Shown here in pieces: positions 63,070-64,000 of a DNA stretch of 64,000 nucleotides. Origin of the DNA: a virus. Made by a program: the position numbers and the translations under genes. The notes below the pieces were generated by a model. That model was not told the origin of the DNA, ran no database searches, and worked only from the letters and a program-made list of their open reading frames with translations. The stretch is taken from the UHGV virus genome UHGV-0037395, one strand, 5' to 3'. Position 1 is the first letter of the stretch. Each line of letters opens with the position of its first letter.

Positions 63070-63479
63070 GTTTTAAATTTGGTAAAAACAGCGAAAAACA
63101 ATTAGCTACAGTTAAGCCAGAGCTACAAAAAGTAGCTCGTAGAGCTTTAGAATTATCCCCATATGATTTCACAATCGTACAGGGTATTCGTACAGTAGCA
63201 CAAAGTGCCCAGAATATTGCTAATGGTACTTCATTTTTAAAAGATCCTAGTAAAAGCAAGCATATTACTGGGGATGCGCTTGATTTTGCTCCATATATTA
63301 ATGGCAAAATTGATTGGAATGACTTAGAAGCATTTTGGGCGGTTAAAAAGGCTTTTGAACAAGCGGGTAAAGAACTAGGTATTAAACTTCGTTTTGGTGC
63401 TGATTGGAATAATTCTGGAGACTATCACGATGAAATAAAACGTGGTACCTATGATGGCGGTCATGTCGAACTAGTTTAA
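63066..63479 (+). CDS. lys: endolysin, L-alanyl-D-glutamate peptidase (M15 family)
   Basis: 137 aa. H..GDALD and DGGHVE metal-binding motifs of VanY/M15C peptidases. Matches T5 endolysin size and motifs. Confidence 0.85.
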   Translation: MSFKFGKNSEKQLATVKPELQKVARRALELSPYDFTIVQGIRTVAQSAQNIANGTSFLKDPSKSKHITGDALDFAPYINGKIDWNDLEAFWAVKKAFEQAGKELGIKLRFGADWNNSGDYHDEIKRGTYDGGHVELV

Positions 63480-63482
63480 TTA

Positions 63483-63520
63483 ATAACTGAGGCGGGAATA
63501 TTCCCGCCTTTTTAGGCAAA
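63483..63520 (+). terminator. rho-independent terminator after lys
   Basis: gaggcgggaatattcccgcc plus TTTTT. Confidence 0.75.
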
Positions 63521-63556
63521 GGGGGCTTTAATAATTTTTGAAGATAGGAGAAAGCC

Positions 63557-63973
63557 ATGTTTGCAGAACTATTCACTATGATGCTGCTAGGTATCTGGAA
63601 AATAAGTCTAGTAGTATTCGTTTTAATGATAGTCTTTACTATCATTGCATTAACTACCCGAAATAGCTTATTAATAAAGGTTATTCACGGACTAGAGTAT
63701 ATAATTATGGGTTCATTCGGCGTTTGTAAATGCAATTGCCATAGAGATACGAAATATTGTTGGTTATGGATGGAACTAGAGAATCCTATATCCATAACTT
63801 TGGCTGTTTCATTCGGTATGATTCTTATGGCCCTTACTCTAGCATTAATACCTTTGATGTTAGCTGGGGGAGTTACAGCGTATTTCACCCTTTTCTCCCC
63901 GATACTTATGTACTCAATATACCCAATAACTATGTATCTAGTTAGGAAAAAATTTATACATGCAGTAGATTAA
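63557..63973 (+). CDS. integral membrane protein (4 predicted TM helices)
   Basis: 138-aa hydrophobic ORF downstream of the lysis genes. Confidence 0.45.
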   Translation: MFAELFTMMLLGIWKISLVVFVLMIVFTIIALTTRNSLLIKVIHGLEYIIMGSFGVCKCNCHRDTKYCWLWMELENPISITLAVSFGMILMALTLALIPLMLAGGVTAYFTLFSPILMYSIYPITMYLVRKKFIHAVD

Positions 63974-64000
63974 GATAAAAAAGTAGTTGACTTTTAGCCC

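Overview
This window reads as a large segment of a T5-like (Tequintavirus) siphophage genome, in the reverse orientation of the usual T5 map. Content runs from the tail-fibre, replication and nucleotide-metabolism genes through the tRNA region to the lysis cassette.

Highlights: the C-terminal part of a large tail-fibre gene and a separate 333-aa fibre protein carrying heptad repeats and an S74 intramolecular-chaperone domain; a minus-strand early replication block; a plus-strand nucleotide-metabolism block; a tRNA region with about 24 plausible tRNAs and several degenerate tRNA-like minihelices; and then dNMP kinase, a ClpP-like protease, holin and an M15 endolysin.

- Replication block, minus strand (1-30 kb): dut, D15 flap endonuclease, PD-(D/E)XK nuclease, SbcCD, helicases, an 855-aa family-A polymerase, DnaG-type primase, DnaB-like helicase, a split NAD ligase, an AEP primase-polymerase/helicase fusion, Sir2, HAD phosphatase and NrdD. 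Three HNH homing endonucleases lie in this 1-31 kb region, one of them (30268-30759) on the plus strand.
- Nucleotide metabolism, plus strand (30-43 kb): PhoH, NrdA/NrdB, DHFR, ThyA, RNase H, a NADAR-domain protein, a DEDDh exonuclease and a SleB-like hydrolase.
- tRNA region (43-56 kb): interleaved with small ORFs, a T5orf172-domain gene and a GrcA-like glycyl-radical protein.
- Late part (56-64 kb): dNMP kinase, ClpP-like protease, holin and endolysin.

About 30 copies of one strong sigma70-type early promoter cassette (TTGCTA, 17 bp, TATAAT, then ATAAATTGAGAG leader) punctuate the region.

No CRISPR array, integrase or transposase was seen. The most interesting candidates are a Sir2/HAD/NADAR/GrcA set of NAD-, ADP-ribose- and radical-repair-linked genes, unusual and degenerate tRNA-like RNAs, and several long structured non-coding regions.

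All coordinates were counted by hand from the line labels, so promoter and tRNA ends may be off by 1-2 nt.
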